From an uncultured delta proteobacterium (lineage in GTDB: Bacteria; Desulfobacterota; BSN033; UBA1163), in the NCBI GenBank assembly GCA_963708295.1, contig CAVPSJ010000017.1, forward strand, positions 96,001-160,000: a stretch of DNA of 64,000 nucleotides, written 5' to 3'. Below the pieces are notes generated by a model that saw only the letters and a list, made by a program, of their open reading frames with translations, made no database searches and was not told the DNA's origin. Below are positions 1 through 11,043 of this stretch, piece after piece. The translations under genes and the position numbers were made by a program. Position 1 is the stretch's first letter. Each line of letters begins with the position of its first letter.

Positions 1-2
1 AG

Positions 3-467
3 GACGTTTATACGCTGAATGAAAAGGATCTTGCCTTTTTTCGAAATCGAGAGATCGGATTTGTTTTTCAATTTCATCACCTCCTTCCCGAATTTACTGC
101 CTTGGAAAATACGATGATGCCCTGTCTGATCCGAGGGATCTCGAAGGAGGAGGCCATTTCTCGGGCGGAAGCGATTCTCACTCTGGTGGGCCTCAAAGAA
201 CGTGTCTCTCATAAACCGGGGGAACTGTCCGGAGGGGAACAGCAAAGGGTGGCCGTCGCGAGGGCGTTGGTTTTGGAGCCGAAAGTCCTGCTGGCGGATG
301 AACCCACCGGAAACCTGGACACGAAAACAGGCGAGTCCGTCTTTGATCTTCTTCAGGAATTGAATCGGATCAAGGAGGTCACTCTCATTGTCGTGACCCA
401 CAACTTAAAATTGGCTGAAAAACTGTCCCGCCAGATCCAGCTCATCGATGGAAAGGCACTGGGATAG
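3..467 (+). CDS. lolD: Lipoprotein-releasing ABC transporter ATP-binding protein, 5'-truncated by window edge
   Basis: Frame open from position 3: [48 protein letters not shown]; directly upstream of bamA. Confidence 0.9.
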   Translation, partial: DVYTLNEKDLAFFRNREIGFVFQFHHLLPEFTALENTMMPCLIRGISKEEAISRAEAILTLVGLKERVSHKPGELSGGEQQRVAVARALVLEPKVLLADEPTGNLDTKTGESVFDLLQELNRIKEVTLIVVTHNLKLAEKLSRQIQLIDGKALG

Positions 468-598
468 AGTGTGTCTCCTTTACAAAAGGAGCGGAATTTG
501 ATATTTAAATGAAAATTTTGTCATCCCATCCGTTCCGCTACGTCAGTTGGCACAAGAGAATTCGTGTCCGAATTCAAAGAAGGGGAAGGAACTGACAG

Positions 599-2845
599 AT
601 GCTCTCGAGGCAAATAGGTCTTGTCCTCCTCGTCCTTTCTCTTTTCATCGGGATCGGTGCCGGGGCCGAGGAGAACATCTATAAAATTATGATCTTAGGA
701 AATGTAAAGGTTGAAGAAGGGGTTATCCGGGGGGCGATCAAGAGCCGGGAGGGAAGTCCCTTTTCTGTCGAAAAGACTCGTGAGGACCTACGATCCATCT
801 TCGATTTGGGTTACTTCACCGATGTGCAGGTCGATATCAAACCGAGTCCTCAGGGAAAAGAAGTGATCTTCATCGTCGTGGAAAAGCCTTCGATCAAAAA
901 TATCTTGATCAAGGGAAATGACAAGGTGAAGCTGGACGATATTAAAGAGAAGATGACCCTGACGCCGCGCTCTATCCTCAACCTCGAAAAGGTGAAAGAG
1001 AATTCGGAACAAATCCGGAAACTCTATTTCTCGAAAGGGTATTACGGGGTCAAGGTGGAAGACAAGGTCGACTATTTGGAAACCAATGAAGCCGTGATCA
1101 CGTTTGCGATCTCTGAAGGCCCGAAGGGGCATATCCAAAAAATCATCTTCAAAGGGAACAAGAAAATCAAGCCTTCCCAGTTGAGGAAGCTGATGGCGAC
1201 CAAACAGAGGAATATTCTTTCCATCATCACCAAGACCGGGACCTTAGATGAGGATATTCTTAAAAATGACCTTCAACTCCTGACGGCGTACTATTTTGAT
1301 CAGGGTTATCTCGACGCGAAGATCTCCGAACCCAAGATTGATCTTTCCAACCCGAAAAAGATCCGGATCGAGATCGGGATTGTGGAGGGACCTCAATACC
1401 ACCTTGGGAATATTGACTTCAAGGGGGATGTCCTCACCACCAAAGAAGCCCTCTTCAAGGTTCTCAAGATAAAGCGGGGGGATGTCTACAGCAACACGGT
1501 CATTCGAACGGAGGTCAATGCCCTCACAGAAAAATTTGCAAACCAAGGTTATGCCTATGTCGAGATCAACCCCGAAATGGCTGTGGACAACAAAAGTCTT
1601 TTGGTCCACCTTACCTTTGAAATTGAAAAGAAGAAACGTGTCTTTTACGAGAAGATTCAAGTGGTGGGGAATGCGAAGAGCCGTGATAAGGTGATCCGAA
1701 GGGAGCTCTCGGTGGCCGAGGGAGAACGTTACAACGCCGCCGAAATGAATAAGAGCCGTGACCGACTGAAAAAGACCGGATACTTCAAAGAGGTGGACTT
1801 CACCACCAGCCGTGGGAGCACTGAAGAAGAAATCAACCTCGACGTCAAGGTCGAGGAGGCCCCGACCGGTGCCGTCACATTCGGAATTGGATATAGTACA
1901 ATAGAAAGCGTGGTGGGCTCTGCTTCAATCTCCGATCGCAATCTTTTCGGTTTGGGTTACCAGGGTAGTCTGAGGTTCAACCTCGGATTTGAAACCCAAA
2001 CTGCCAGGTTAAGCTTTACGGATCCCTATTTTTTAGGATCTCGCTATGCCGCAGGGTTTGACCTCTATCATGAAAGAATAGAGTACTTTAATGAATATAA
2101 CTATAAAATTACAGGGGGGGATCTCCGTGTCGGAAGGTCATTGACCGAAAGCATTCGTGTGGACGCGATGTATAAATATGAGGTCATTGATGTTTATGAT
2201 GTGGCAGCGAATGCCTCTCTCACCATCCAACAACAGAGAGGGAAGGCGACGACAAGCGCCATCTCTATGACTCCCTCAATGGACACTCGTGACGACTATT
2301 TCAATCCTAGGCGGGGGGGGAAACACAGCCTTTTTATTCAAAACGCAGGGGGTCCCCTGGGAGGGGATAACTATTTCGTCAAGGTGCTGGGGCAGACCAG
2401 CTGGTTTTTCCCCTTACCTTTATACTCGACTCTCAACCTTCGCGCCCAGGCGGGGGTGATCGAAGCTTACAGTGGAAGAGTAGTCCCCATCTATGAAAAA
2501 TTCTTCGTCGGAGGGATCAGCACGGTTCGGGGTTTTGAATACGGAAGGGCGGGCCCGGTGGATATCAATGATGAGCCCATCGGTGGAAAAAAAATGGTGG
2601 TCTTCAATACGGAGCTGATCTTCCCCATCTCTCGAGAGCTCGGTATGCGGGGAGCATTATTCTTCGATGTCGGGAAGGGATTTAATAGATGGAGCGAGAT
2701 GTTCCCGCTGAGAATCGGTGTGGGACCTGGAATTCGCTGGTACTCTCCCTTCGGGCCGATCCATATCGATTTCGGTTTTAACCTCAACCCCAAAAAAGGG
2801 GAGAAAGGGCATGTGCTGGATTTTACAGCAGGGACCGTTTATTAA
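599..2845 (+). CDS. bamA: Outer membrane protein assembly factor BamA
   Basis: Signal peptide, POTRA-like repeats, beta-barrel with VRGF motif, WYSPFGPI; followed by skp-lpxD-fabZ-lpxA. Confidence 0.95.
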   Translation: MLSRQIGLVLLVLSLFIGIGAGAEENIYKIMILGNVKVEEGVIRGAIKSREGSPFSVEKTREDLRSIFDLGYFTDVQVDIKPSPQGKEVIFIVVEKPSIKNILIKGNDKVKLDDIKEKMTLTPRSILNLEKVKENSEQIRKLYFSKGYYGVKVEDKVDYLETNEAVITFAISEGPKGHIQKIIFKGNKKIKPSQLRKLMATKQRNILSIITKTGTLDEDILKNDLQLLTAYYFDQGYLDAKISEPKIDLSNPKKIRIEIGIVEGPQYHLGNIDFKGDVLTTKEALFKVLKIKRGDVYSNTVIRTEVNALTEKFANQGYAYVEINPEMAVDNKSLLVHLTFEIEKKKRVFYEKIQVVGNAKSRDKVIRRELSVAEGERYNAAEMNKSRDRLKKTGYFKEVDFTTSRGSTEEEINLDVKVEEAPTGAVTFGIGYSTIESVVGSASISDRNLFGLGYQGSLRFNLGFETQTARLSFTDPYFLGSRYAAGFDLYHERIEYFNEYNYKITGGDLRVGRSLTESIRVDAMYKYEVIDVYDVAANASLTIQQQRGKATTSAISMTPSMDTRDDYFNPRRGGKHSLFIQNAGGPLGGDNYFVKVLGQTSWFFPLPLYSTLNLRAQAGVIEAYSGRVVPIYEKFFVGGISTVRGFEYGRAGPVDINDEPIGGKKMVVFNTELIFPISRELGMRGALFFDVGKGFNRWSEMFPLRIGVGPGIRWYSPFGPIHIDFGFNLNPKKGEKGHVLDFTAGTVY

Positions 2846-2883
2846 TAAGCTTATGTCGATGTTAAACTTAACGGAGAGGAGAA

Positions 2884-3411
2884 ATGCAAATGCACGGAAA
2901 GAAGGTAAGTCTTGTCATAGGATTGATCTTATTGGGATGTCTTGGCTCAGCCTGGGCTGCAGACTTAAAAATTGCCTACATTGATATACAGAGAGCAATC
3001 AACGAGAGTAACGCCGGAAAGGAAGCAAAAAAAACGATTACCAAGGATGTCGAAAAATTTCAGCGTCTCATCGCAGACAGGCAGAAAGAACTTCAAACCA
3101 TGAAAGATTCTTTTGAGAAGCAAGCGCTCATGCTGACCCCGGATGCCCGGGCGAACAAAGAGAAGGAATATCAGAATAAGCTTCGGGAGTTCCAGAGGTG
3201 GGGGGAGGACACGCAGAATGAGATGAATCAGAAGCGAGTGGAGATGGAGCGACAAATCTCGGCTGCCCTCGTCAAGGTGATTCAAAAATTGGGAGCGGAC
3301 GAAGGTTATACGCTCATTTTAGAAAAGAACGAGACCATAGTGCTCTTCGGCTCCAAGACGATTGATATCACCGACCGGGCGATCAAAGCGTTTGACGCTC
3401 AGAAGAAATAA
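2884..3411 (+). CDS. skp: Periplasmic chaperone Skp/OmpH
   Basis: Signal peptide, KIAYIDIQRA start, long coiled coil, IDITD end; canonical position after bamA. Confidence 0.92.
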   Translation: MQMHGKKVSLVIGLILLGCLGSAWAADLKIAYIDIQRAINESNAGKEAKKTITKDVEKFQRLIADRQKELQTMKDSFEKQALMLTPDARANKEKEYQNKLREFQRWGEDTQNEMNQKRVEMERQISAALVKVIQKLGADEGYTLILEKNETIVLFGSKTIDITDRAIKAFDAQKK

Positions 3412-3578
3412 GGGCGCACTAAGTTCCAAGCTCCAATTCACAAATCATTTACGATGGACTAAAATTCAAGATTTCAAACGCAAGGGTTTCGATCCTCCGG
3501 GTGGTAAATTGATTTGGGAGGTGTGGCTTGGAATTTTCAAACCATTTTGATGAACCCCATGAAAGGGGACAAGGTACC

Positions 3579-4631
3579 ATGAAGAAACGTCTTAAAGATC
3601 TGGCGGAGTGGGTGGACGGGACAGTCGTTGGAGATGGGGAGATGGAGATCTCCGGAGTGGCAGCCATTGAAGAAGCCCAACCTGGAGAGATCACCTTCAT
3701 TGCCCATCCAAAATACCTTCCGTATCTCAGCAAAACCAACGCCTCTGCCGTCATTGTATCGAAAGAGGTGACGCAAGCGGACAAGTCTCTTCTTTGCGTG
3801 ATGAATCCCCAATTAGCCTTTGCCAGAGTCCTCACCCTTTTTTCACTCAAACTTTCCCAGCCAAAGGGGATTGATCCCAAGGCCTGGATTAGCCCCACAG
3901 CAAGATTGGGGAAAGACGTAACTGTCTTTCCTTTCGTCTATATTGGCGACCGTTGCTCGATTGGAGATCGGGTCACCCTTTATCCCGGAGTTTCCGTGAG
4001 CGAGGACTCTTCCATCGAAGAAGACTCAATCCTTTACTCCAATGTCTCGGTCTATCCAGGGACGATCATCGGAAAACGGGTTATACTGCATAGCGGAGTC
4101 GTGGTCGGAGGTGACGGATTCGCGTATGTGAAAGAAGGAAAGAGCAATGTGAAGATCCCACAAGTCGGTATCGTTGAAATTGAAGATGATGTCGAGATCG
4201 GTGCCAACACGACGATTGACCGGGCCACGCTGGGCAAGACGATCATCCGAAGAGGGGTGAAGATCGATAACCTCGTCATGGTGGCTCACAATGTAGTGAT
4301 CGGTGAAGACTCCATCATCGTCGCTCAAGTGGGAATTGCGGGCTCAACGAAGATCGGGAGCAATGTCACTTTGGCTGGACAGGTGGGGGTGGCCGGCCAT
4401 GTTGAAATCGGAGAGAATGCGATGGTAGGCGCCCAAGCCGGGGTGATCCATGACCTACCCGGAAACCAGGGGTACCACGGAAGTCCCGCTCTGCCTCAGC
4501 GTGAATATATCCGGGCCATCACCTCCCTTCCGAAACTACCGGAGATGAGAAAGACACTTCTCGACCTTGAGAAGCGCCTCCAAAAGGTGGAAGGAGCCCT
4601 CTCTTTAGAAGGAAAGGAAAAGGAGAAGTAA
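3579..4631 (+). CDS. lpxD: UDP-3-O-acyl-glucosamine N-acyltransferase LpxD
   Basis: Hexapeptide repeats, [32 protein letters not shown]; ATG 3579 chosen as start. Confidence 0.95.
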   Translation: MKKRLKDLAEWVDGTVVGDGEMEISGVAAIEEAQPGEITFIAHPKYLPYLSKTNASAVIVSKEVTQADKSLLCVMNPQLAFARVLTLFSLKLSQPKGIDPKAWISPTARLGKDVTVFPFVYIGDRCSIGDRVTLYPGVSVSEDSSIEEDSILYSNVSVYPGTIIGKRVILHSGVVVGGDGFAYVKEGKSNVKIPQVGIVEIEDDVEIGANTTIDRATLGKTIIRRGVKIDNLVMVAHNVVIGEDSIIVAQVGIAGSTKIGSNVTLAGQVGVAGHVEIGENAMVGAQAGVIHDLPGNQGYHGSPALPQREYIRAITSLPKLPEMRKTLLDLEKRLQKVEGALSLEGKEKEK

Positions 4632-5069
4632 ATGATAGAGATCAATGAAATCATGAAAGTTCTTCCCCATGCCTACCCATTTTTGTTGGTGGATCGGATT
4701 GTGGAGATCGAGCCCGAAAAACGGATCGTCGGAATTAAGAATGTCACTTACAATGAACCCTTCTTCCCCGGCCATTTTCCAGGTCGACCCATCATGCCGG
4801 GGGTCCTCATCGTGGAAGCCATGGCTCAGGCCGCGGGCGTCCTCGTCTTTAAGTCCTTACCGGAAGAGAAGTACGGACAGGCAGTCTTTTTTCTGGGGAT
4901 CGACAATGTCCGGTTTAGAAAACCCGTGATTCCTGGAGACCAACTTCGGCTCGAGGTGGAAATCACGAAACATCGTCAAGCCATCTGGGGATTTAAGGGC
5001 AAAGCTCTGGTCGACGGGAAACTGGTTGCTGAAGCAGAACTCTTGGCCATGATGGGGGAGGAAAAATGA
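4632..5069 (+). CDS. fabZ: 3-hydroxyacyl-ACP dehydratase FabZ
   Basis: [38 protein letters not shown]. Confidence 0.96.
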   Translation: MIEINEIMKVLPHAYPFLLVDRIVEIEPEKRIVGIKNVTYNEPFFPGHFPGRPIMPGVLIVEAMAQAAGVLVFKSLPEEKYGQAVFFLGIDNVRFRKPVIPGDQLRLEVEITKHRQAIWGFKGKALVDGKLVAEAELLAMMGEEK

Positions 5070-5839
5070 TTCATCCAACTGCCCTCGTCGACCCAAAAGC
5101 TGAAATTGGTGAAAATGTCGATATCGGTCCCTACTCTGTGATTGAGAAGAGAGTCTCCCTCGGTGAGGGGACGAAGATTGGCCCCCATGTCGTCGTCAGA
5201 GAGGGAACTCAATTTGGAAGGCAATGTCAAATCTATCAATTCTGCTCCATTGGGGAAGCGCCTCAGGCCACTGCGTACAGGGGAGAGCCCACCCTCCTGC
5301 AGGTGGGGGATCATAATATCATTCGGGAGTATGTTACCCTCCATCGAGGGTCTGTAAAAGGGGGCGGAAGAACCGTTCTTGGAAATGAGAACTTTATCAT
5401 GGCCTACTCCCACGTCGCCCACGATTGTCAGATTGGAAACCATGTGGTGATGGCCAATGGAGCAACGTTGGCAGGACACATCCTCATCGAAGATCATGCG
5501 ATTATCGGCGGACTGTCTGCGATCCATCAATTCTGCCGGGTCGGCACGTATGCGATTATCAGCGGTTTAACCGGCATCAGTCAGGATATTCCTCCCTATA
5601 TGATGGCCGCTGGAGACCGAGCGAAGCTCTTCGGACTCAACACCATCGGGCTCAAACGGGCCATGTTCTCAGAGGAGACGCTGAAGGCCCTGAAAAAGGC
5701 CTACCGCATCATTTTTCGCTCCTGTCTGACACTGGAGAAATCGATGAAGAATATAGAGGAGGATGACATCTTTCAGATCCCGGAGGTCCAGCATCTCCTC
5801 CAGTTTATTCAACATTCGAAGAGGGGGATCTGCCGTTAA
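5066..5839 (+). CDS. lpxA: UDP-GlcNAc acyltransferase LpxA
   Basis: [10 protein letters not shown] start, hexapeptide repeats, [26 protein letters not shown]. Confidence 0.95.
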   Translation: MIHPTALVDPKAEIGENVDIGPYSVIEKRVSLGEGTKIGPHVVVREGTQFGRQCQIYQFCSIGEAPQATAYRGEPTLLQVGDHNIIREYVTLHRGSVKGGGRTVLGNENFIMAYSHVAHDCQIGNHVVMANGATLAGHILIEDHAIIGGLSAIHQFCRVGTYAIISGLTGISQDIPPYMMAAGDRAKLFGLNTIGLKRAMFSEETLKALKKAYRIIFRSCLTLEKSMKNIEEDDIFQIPEVQHLLQFIQHSKRGICR

Positions 5840-6805
5840 GTGGAAAAACTCAAGGTCGGAGTCGTCGGTGTCGGTTACTTTGGCCAATTCCACGCAGAGA
5901 AGTATTCCAAGGTTGAAGACGTGGAACTGGTCGGCGTGGCCGATGCGGATGAATCCCGCGCGAGAGAAATTGCCAAACGATACCGAACCCAGCCTTTCTT
6001 CCGTTATGCTGACCTTTTCCGGAAAGTCCAGGCGGTCACCATCGCCGTCCCCACCCCCTTCCACTACTCCGTAACGAGAGAGTGCTTCCTGCAAGGGGTC
6101 GATGTGTTGCTTGAAAAACCCATCTCCAGTACGCTTGAGGAAGCGGATGAATTGATCCGCTTATCGGAATCAAAAGGCTTGATCTTTCAAATCGGTCATT
6201 TGGAACGGTTCAACGGAGCTTTGTCCACCATCGAAGGGAAGGTGCGACATCCATGGTTTATCGAATGTCATCGGCTGGGTCCTTTCTCAGGGAGGGGAAC
6301 CGAAGTCGATGTCGTATTGGACTTGATGGTTCATGATCTCGATATTCTTTTGAGCCTCGTGGACACAAAGGTGAAGGAACTCCGGGCCATGGGTATCCCC
6401 GTTCTCACCCACACCTCGGACATTGCCAATGCCCGTATTGAATTCGAAAATGGATGTACAGCCAGCTTGACCGCAAGCCGAGTTTCTGAAGAAAAGATTC
6501 GGAAAACCCGGGTCTTTCAGGCGGATGGAATCCTTTCCATCGACTACATTTTGCAAAAACTCTCCTTCTCAAGAAAGGCGGTTTCTCCCGGAAAGAAGAA
6601 GATGCCAGAGATGGTCACCGAAGAGGTCCCGGTCAAGAAGGTCGATCTTCTGGAGAGGGAGATTCACTCCTTTCTTGAGAGCGTGAGAAATCGCAAGAGG
6701 CCCCGGGTCTCAGGAACAGACGGAAGGCAGGCATTAGAGCTGGCACTCCGGATCATCCGAAAGATCGATGATCAAAACGAAAAAAGGAGAGAGCGGGGCA
6801 GCTGA
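5840..6805 (+). CDS. Gfo/Idh/MocA oxidoreductase, probable UDP-GlcNAc 3-dehydrogenase (GnnA-like)
   Basis: GVVGVGYFG Rossmann motif, LLEKP, GHLERFN, DLMVHDLD; sits between lpxA and lpxB as gnnA does. Confidence 0.8.
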   Translation: MEKLKVGVVGVGYFGQFHAEKYSKVEDVELVGVADADESRAREIAKRYRTQPFFRYADLFRKVQAVTIAVPTPFHYSVTRECFLQGVDVLLEKPISSTLEEADELIRLSESKGLIFQIGHLERFNGALSTIEGKVRHPWFIECHRLGPFSGRGTEVDVVLDLMVHDLDILLSLVDTKVKELRAMGIPVLTHTSDIANARIEFENGCTASLTASRVSEEKIRKTRVFQADGILSIDYILQKLSFSRKAVSPGKKKMPEMVTEEVPVKKVDLLEREIHSFLESVRNRKRPRVSGTDGRQALELALRIIRKIDDQNEKRRERGS

Positions 6806-6808
6806 CGG

Positions 6809-7957
6809 ATGGAGTTGAAAAAGATCCTGTTGGTCGCTGGAGAAGCTTCGGGGGACCTCCATGGATCCCACCTGGTGGAGGCCATCCAACGTATTCACCC
6901 GGAAACACAGTTTTTGGGGGTTGGGGGAGAAGGGTTGAGGAGAGTGGGAATGAAACTCCTTTATCATTCTCAGTCCCTTTCTGTCGTGGGGATTACGGAA
7001 GTCTTCGCAAAGCTGGGGTCTATCTTAAAGGCCTTGCGGATATTGAAAGGGTCCCTTGAAAGGGAGAAACCGGATCTTGTCATCCTCATTGATTTTCCTG
7101 AATTTAATCTTCGGCTGGCAAGAATCGCCCATCGTAGAGGAATCCCCATTCTTTACTACATCAGTCCCCAGATATGGGCCTGGAGGCCCAGCAGGATTAA
7201 GCTGATTGCTCGGGTGGTGAAAAAAATGGTCGTTCTCTTCCCCTTTGAAGTCCCTCTTTATGAAGCCGCCGGGGTCGATGTGGAGTGGGTAGGTCATCCG
7301 CTGCTCGATATGGTGAAGCCAACCCTGTCCAAGGAAAGGGCGTTTGACCAATTTGGTCTGGATCCCAAACGAAGAACCGTGGGGTTACTCCCTGGAAGCC
7401 GATTCCACGAGATAGAAAGGCTTCTTCCTCCCCTGCTGGATTCGGCGCATCGCCTCTACAAAGAGATCCCCGATCTTCAGTTCGTCATTCCTCTCGCCCC
7501 CGGTATTCCCAGGACCACCTTGTCATCCCGGATGAAGAATGTTTCGGCACCCGTGAAGGTGGTGGAGGGTTTTACGTATGATGTGATGAACCTTTGTGAG
7601 CTTCTCATCACGGCATCGGGGACGGCCACGCTGGAAGGAGGAATTCTTGGAAAGCCGATGATCATTATTTATAAAGTTTCTATCCCGTCCTACTGGGTCG
7701 GCAGGGCTTTAATTCGAGTGAACCACATCGGCCTCGTCAATTTGGTGGCAGAAAAAGAAATCGCTCCGGAACTGATTCAGAAGGATGTCAATCCCCGGAG
7801 GATTGCCGATGAGGCATTTCGTATCTTAAAGGACCCCCTCTTGAGTCGAAAGATGTCGGAATCGATGGGAGAGGTTCGTCAGAAACTTGGGGAGCCCGGA
7901 GCGGCACAACGAGCCGCCCGCATCGTTTGTTCGATGTTATCGGAGCCGAAATCTTGA
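6809..7957 (+). CDS. lpxB: Lipid A disaccharide synthase LpxB
   Basis: AGEASGDLHG, IDFPEFN, YISPQIWAWR, VGHPL, LLPGSR, SGTATLE. Confidence 0.96.
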   Translation: MELKKILLVAGEASGDLHGSHLVEAIQRIHPETQFLGVGGEGLRRVGMKLLYHSQSLSVVGITEVFAKLGSILKALRILKGSLEREKPDLVILIDFPEFNLRLARIAHRRGIPILYYISPQIWAWRPSRIKLIARVVKKMVVLFPFEVPLYEAAGVDVEWVGHPLLDMVKPTLSKERAFDQFGLDPKRRTVGLLPGSRFHEIERLLPPLLDSAHRLYKEIPDLQFVIPLAPGIPRTTLSSRMKNVSAPVKVVEGFTYDVMNLCELLITASGTATLEGGILGKPMIIIYKVSIPSYWVGRALIRVNHIGLVNLVAEKEIAPELIQKDVNPRRIADEAFRILKDPLLSRKMSESMGEVRQKLGEPGAAQRAARIVCSMLSEPKS

Positions 7958-8083
7958 TCACTATGATCGGGTGAAGAATCAGGATGATCAAGATACCTGG
8001 AAATCAGGCTTGATGCTGATCCCTCGTTCATCGCCTGGTCCTCTGATGCCGTGATGGCTTGATCCGTTCAGTAAAGGACGAAA

Positions 8084-9925
8084 ATGTCAATCTACCGCAG
8101 ACTTCTTGAATTCGTTAAACCCTATTGGTTCAAATTGGTCCTTGCCGTTATTTGTATGATCTTTGTCTCCCTTCTGACCTCTCTGACCGCATGGCTTTTT
8201 AAACCCGTCGTGGACGGTGTTTTTTTCAAGAAAGAAGCGGTTTCTTCAGTAACGATTCCAACGTTTGTAAATGATTTGATCGTATACTTTCATCTTGAAG
8301 GACTCTTACTCAAAAAGGGCGCGGAGATGCTCCGTTTACTCCCCTTTGTCCTTATCCTTCTTTTCTTGTTAAAGGGGATTTTCAATTACGGCCAGTATTA
8401 TTTCATGAATTTTGTGGGACAGAAGATCATTGCGGATATCCGGGAGAAACTCTATAACCATCTCCAAACCCTCTCTCTCTCCTTTTTTACAAAGACCCCG
8501 ACCGGCATCATCATTTCCCGGATCACCAATGATGTGACACTGGTTCAAGGGGCGGTCTCCAGCGCCGCGGCGGGTATTTTCAAAGATATCTTTACCTTTT
8601 TCGGCCTCGTTGTTGTTGCCTTTCTTCAAAGCTGGGAGTTGGCCATTATCTTTTACATTATCTCCCCGTTGGCCTTTATCCCTATCAGAGTTTTTGGAAA
8701 AAGGATGCGAAAATTCTCCCGGAAGGGACAGCAGCGAATGGGCTCGATTACGACCTTCCTCCATGAAACCATTACCGGAAACCGGATTGTGAAGGCCTTC
8801 AACATGGAAGAGTATGAAAAGAAACGCTTCGCTGAAGAGAATCACCGGTTATTCAAGACCTTCCTCCAACGGATAAAAGTTCGAGCACTCAATACTCCCC
8901 TGATGGAATTATTAGGAGGGATTGCGGGGGCCATTATCATCTGGCTGGGCGGTCGTATGATCATGCAAGGAGATATCACTCCGGGAGGGTTTGGCTCATT
9001 CCTGCTGGCCGTGATGATGTGCTATGCCCCCATACGGAATTTGAGCAAAGTCAACCTCGAAATCCAGGAGGGTCTGGCGGGAGCCACCCGGGTTTTTGAA
9101 CTTCTCGATACCCCCCCGGACATCGAAGATGAAGAAGCTGCGATTTTTCTTCCACCTATTTCCAAAGGGATCGACTTTCAAAAAATTACCTTCAAATATG
9201 AAGAGGAAATCGTTCTCAAAGATATTTTTCTCCACGTGAAGGCAGGGGACGTCATTGCCTTGGTCGGCATGAGTGGAGCCGGCAAAACCTCTCTCGTGAA
9301 CCTTCTGCCTCGTTTCTATGACGTGGACCAAGGCCAAATCCTCATCGATGGGCATGACATTCGAAAGGTGAACCTCAAATCCCTCAGGAATCAGATTGGC
9401 TTGGTCACGCAGCAAACGATCCTCTTTAATGACACGGCCCGGAATAATATTGCCTATGGAGATCAGAATTGCTCCGATCAGGAGATCATTGGAGCAGCCA
9501 AGGCCGCCAATGCCCATGACTTCATCCAGAGATTGCCCCAGGGGTACGAGACGATCATCGGCGAGCAGGGGGTCAAGCTCTCCGGAGGGGAGCGTCAGCG
9601 CATCTCCATCGCCAGGGCTCTCTTGAAGAATGCCCCTATTTTGATTTTGGACGAAGCCACCTCTTCTCTGGATTCTGATTCCGAGGCAGAAGTCCAAAAG
9701 GCATTAGACGAGTTGATGAAGGGCAGAACGGTCCTTGTCATCGCCCATCGACTTTCAACGGTACGCAATGCCCACCGGATCATTGTTCTTTCTGAAGGCC
9801 GGATTGTAGAGCAAGGGACCCATGAGGAATTGATGACCCTCGACGGGGAATATCGACGTCTCTATGATCTTCAGTTCAAAGAGGGTGGGAGAGTACACGC
9901 GGCGGCGAAGCCCAAGGTCTATTAA
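8084..9925 (+). CDS. msbA: Lipid A export ABC transporter MsbA
   Basis: TMD+NBD fusion, GMSGAGKT, LSGGERQR, LDEATSSLD; lipid A operon context. Confidence 0.88.
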   Translation: MSIYRRLLEFVKPYWFKLVLAVICMIFVSLLTSLTAWLFKPVVDGVFFKKEAVSSVTIPTFVNDLIVYFHLEGLLLKKGAEMLRLLPFVLILLFLLKGIFNYGQYYFMNFVGQKIIADIREKLYNHLQTLSLSFFTKTPTGIIISRITNDVTLVQGAVSSAAAGIFKDIFTFFGLVVVAFLQSWELAIIFYIISPLAFIPIRVFGKRMRKFSRKGQQRMGSITTFLHETITGNRIVKAFNMEEYEKKRFAEENHRLFKTFLQRIKVRALNTPLMELLGGIAGAIIIWLGGRMIMQGDITPGGFGSFLLAVMMCYAPIRNLSKVNLEIQEGLAGATRVFELLDTPPDIEDEEAAIFLPPISKGIDFQKITFKYEEEIVLKDIFLHVKAGDVIALVGMSGAGKTSLVNLLPRFYDVDQGQILIDGHDIRKVNLKSLRNQIGLVTQQTILFNDTARNNIAYGDQNCSDQEIIGAAKAANAHDFIQRLPQGYETIIGEQGVKLSGGERQRISIARALLKNAPILILDEATSSLDSDSEAEVQKALDELMKGRTVLVIAHRLSTVRNAHRIIVLSEGRIVEQGTHEELMTLDGEYRRLYDLQFKEGGRVHAAAKPKVY

Positions 9926-10036
9926 TTTCGATTGCGGAGTGCGGATTGCAGGGTGCGGAATAAACTCCGAAATCCGCATCCCCCAGCCTGCCAAAGAAAT
10001 TGTTCGGCGGGCAGGCGAATTCCAAAATAAACAAGG

Positions 10037-10729
10037 ATGTTTCTTAAAACTCTGAAGAAAAAACTGGTGTCTTGGTTGGGTCCGTGGTTAGCCTTCTGGA
10101 CCATTCAGATTTTGTCCTGGACGATGCAGTTTGACGAAGTCAATCCAGAGATCCCGGGACGGTTCTGGGAAAAGGGAATTCCAGCCATCGGGGCTTTCTG
10201 GCATGGAAGGCTATTGATGATGCCGATCGTCTATAAAGGAAAGGATTTAAGTTTCCTTGTCTCTTCCCATCGGGATGGCCAGGTGGTGGGAAAGGCCCTA
10301 CGACGGTTCGGTTTCCATGCCATCCTGGGTTCGACCACCCGAAAGGGTTTCTCGGGGTTCAAACAAATGGTCAAGGCTCATGGGTCCGATATCGCCATCG
10401 TCCCCGATGGCCCGAGGGGACCCCGCTGCCGGGTGCAAATTGGCGTGATTGAGTTGGCCAAACTGACGGGAAGGGCTGTGGTTCCATTGACTTTCAGCGC
10501 CTCGAAAAGGAAGATCTTTAACACCTGGGATCGGTTTCTCCTCCCCTATCCTTTTTCAAAAGGGGTGTTTATGTGGGGAGAGCCGATCGAGGTGGATCCG
10601 CAGGGAGACCGGTCCCATCTTGAGGAGAAAAGAATCCTTTTAGAAAATCGTCTCAACGAATTGACTGAAAGGGCAGACCATTTTTTCGACAAAAGCAATG
10701 CCAAATGCCAAAATCCAAATGACAACTGA
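10037..10729 (+). CDS. DUF374 / lysophospholipid acyltransferase family protein (LpxJ-like)
   Basis: FWHGR, SSHRDG, GSTTRKG, PDGPRGP, WDRFLLPYPF motifs; between msbA and waaA. Confidence 0.8.
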   Translation: MFLKTLKKKLVSWLGPWLAFWTIQILSWTMQFDEVNPEIPGRFWEKGIPAIGAFWHGRLLMMPIVYKGKDLSFLVSSHRDGQVVGKALRRFGFHAILGSTTRKGFSGFKQMVKAHGSDIAIVPDGPRGPRCRVQIGVIELAKLTGRAVVPLTFSASKRKIFNTWDRFLLPYPFSKGVFMWGEPIEVDPQGDRSHLEEKRILLENRLNELTERADHFFDKSNAKCQNPNDN

Positions 10730-11043
10730 ATGCGCAAAAATGGCCAAAATTTGAAGAGATAATTCTGGAATAACGGAATAGTGGAATCATGTAAGAGAAT
10801 CAAAGAATTTCTTGTTTAACTCAGTATTCCAGTGTTCCATCATTCCATTCTTCTCCGTTTCTCTTTGGCATTTGAGCTTTGGATTTGCTTTGACCGGCAA
10901 GTGCTCCGTCCCGCCAAAGCGGGATCGGCGGGGTCAAGTCGATAAGACCCGACCACGGGGGGCACCATATGAATGAAAATACCTTGCCGGGAAACTTCAC
11001 ATTTGAGATTTGTCATTTGACATTCTAATCTCCCGATAATTGA

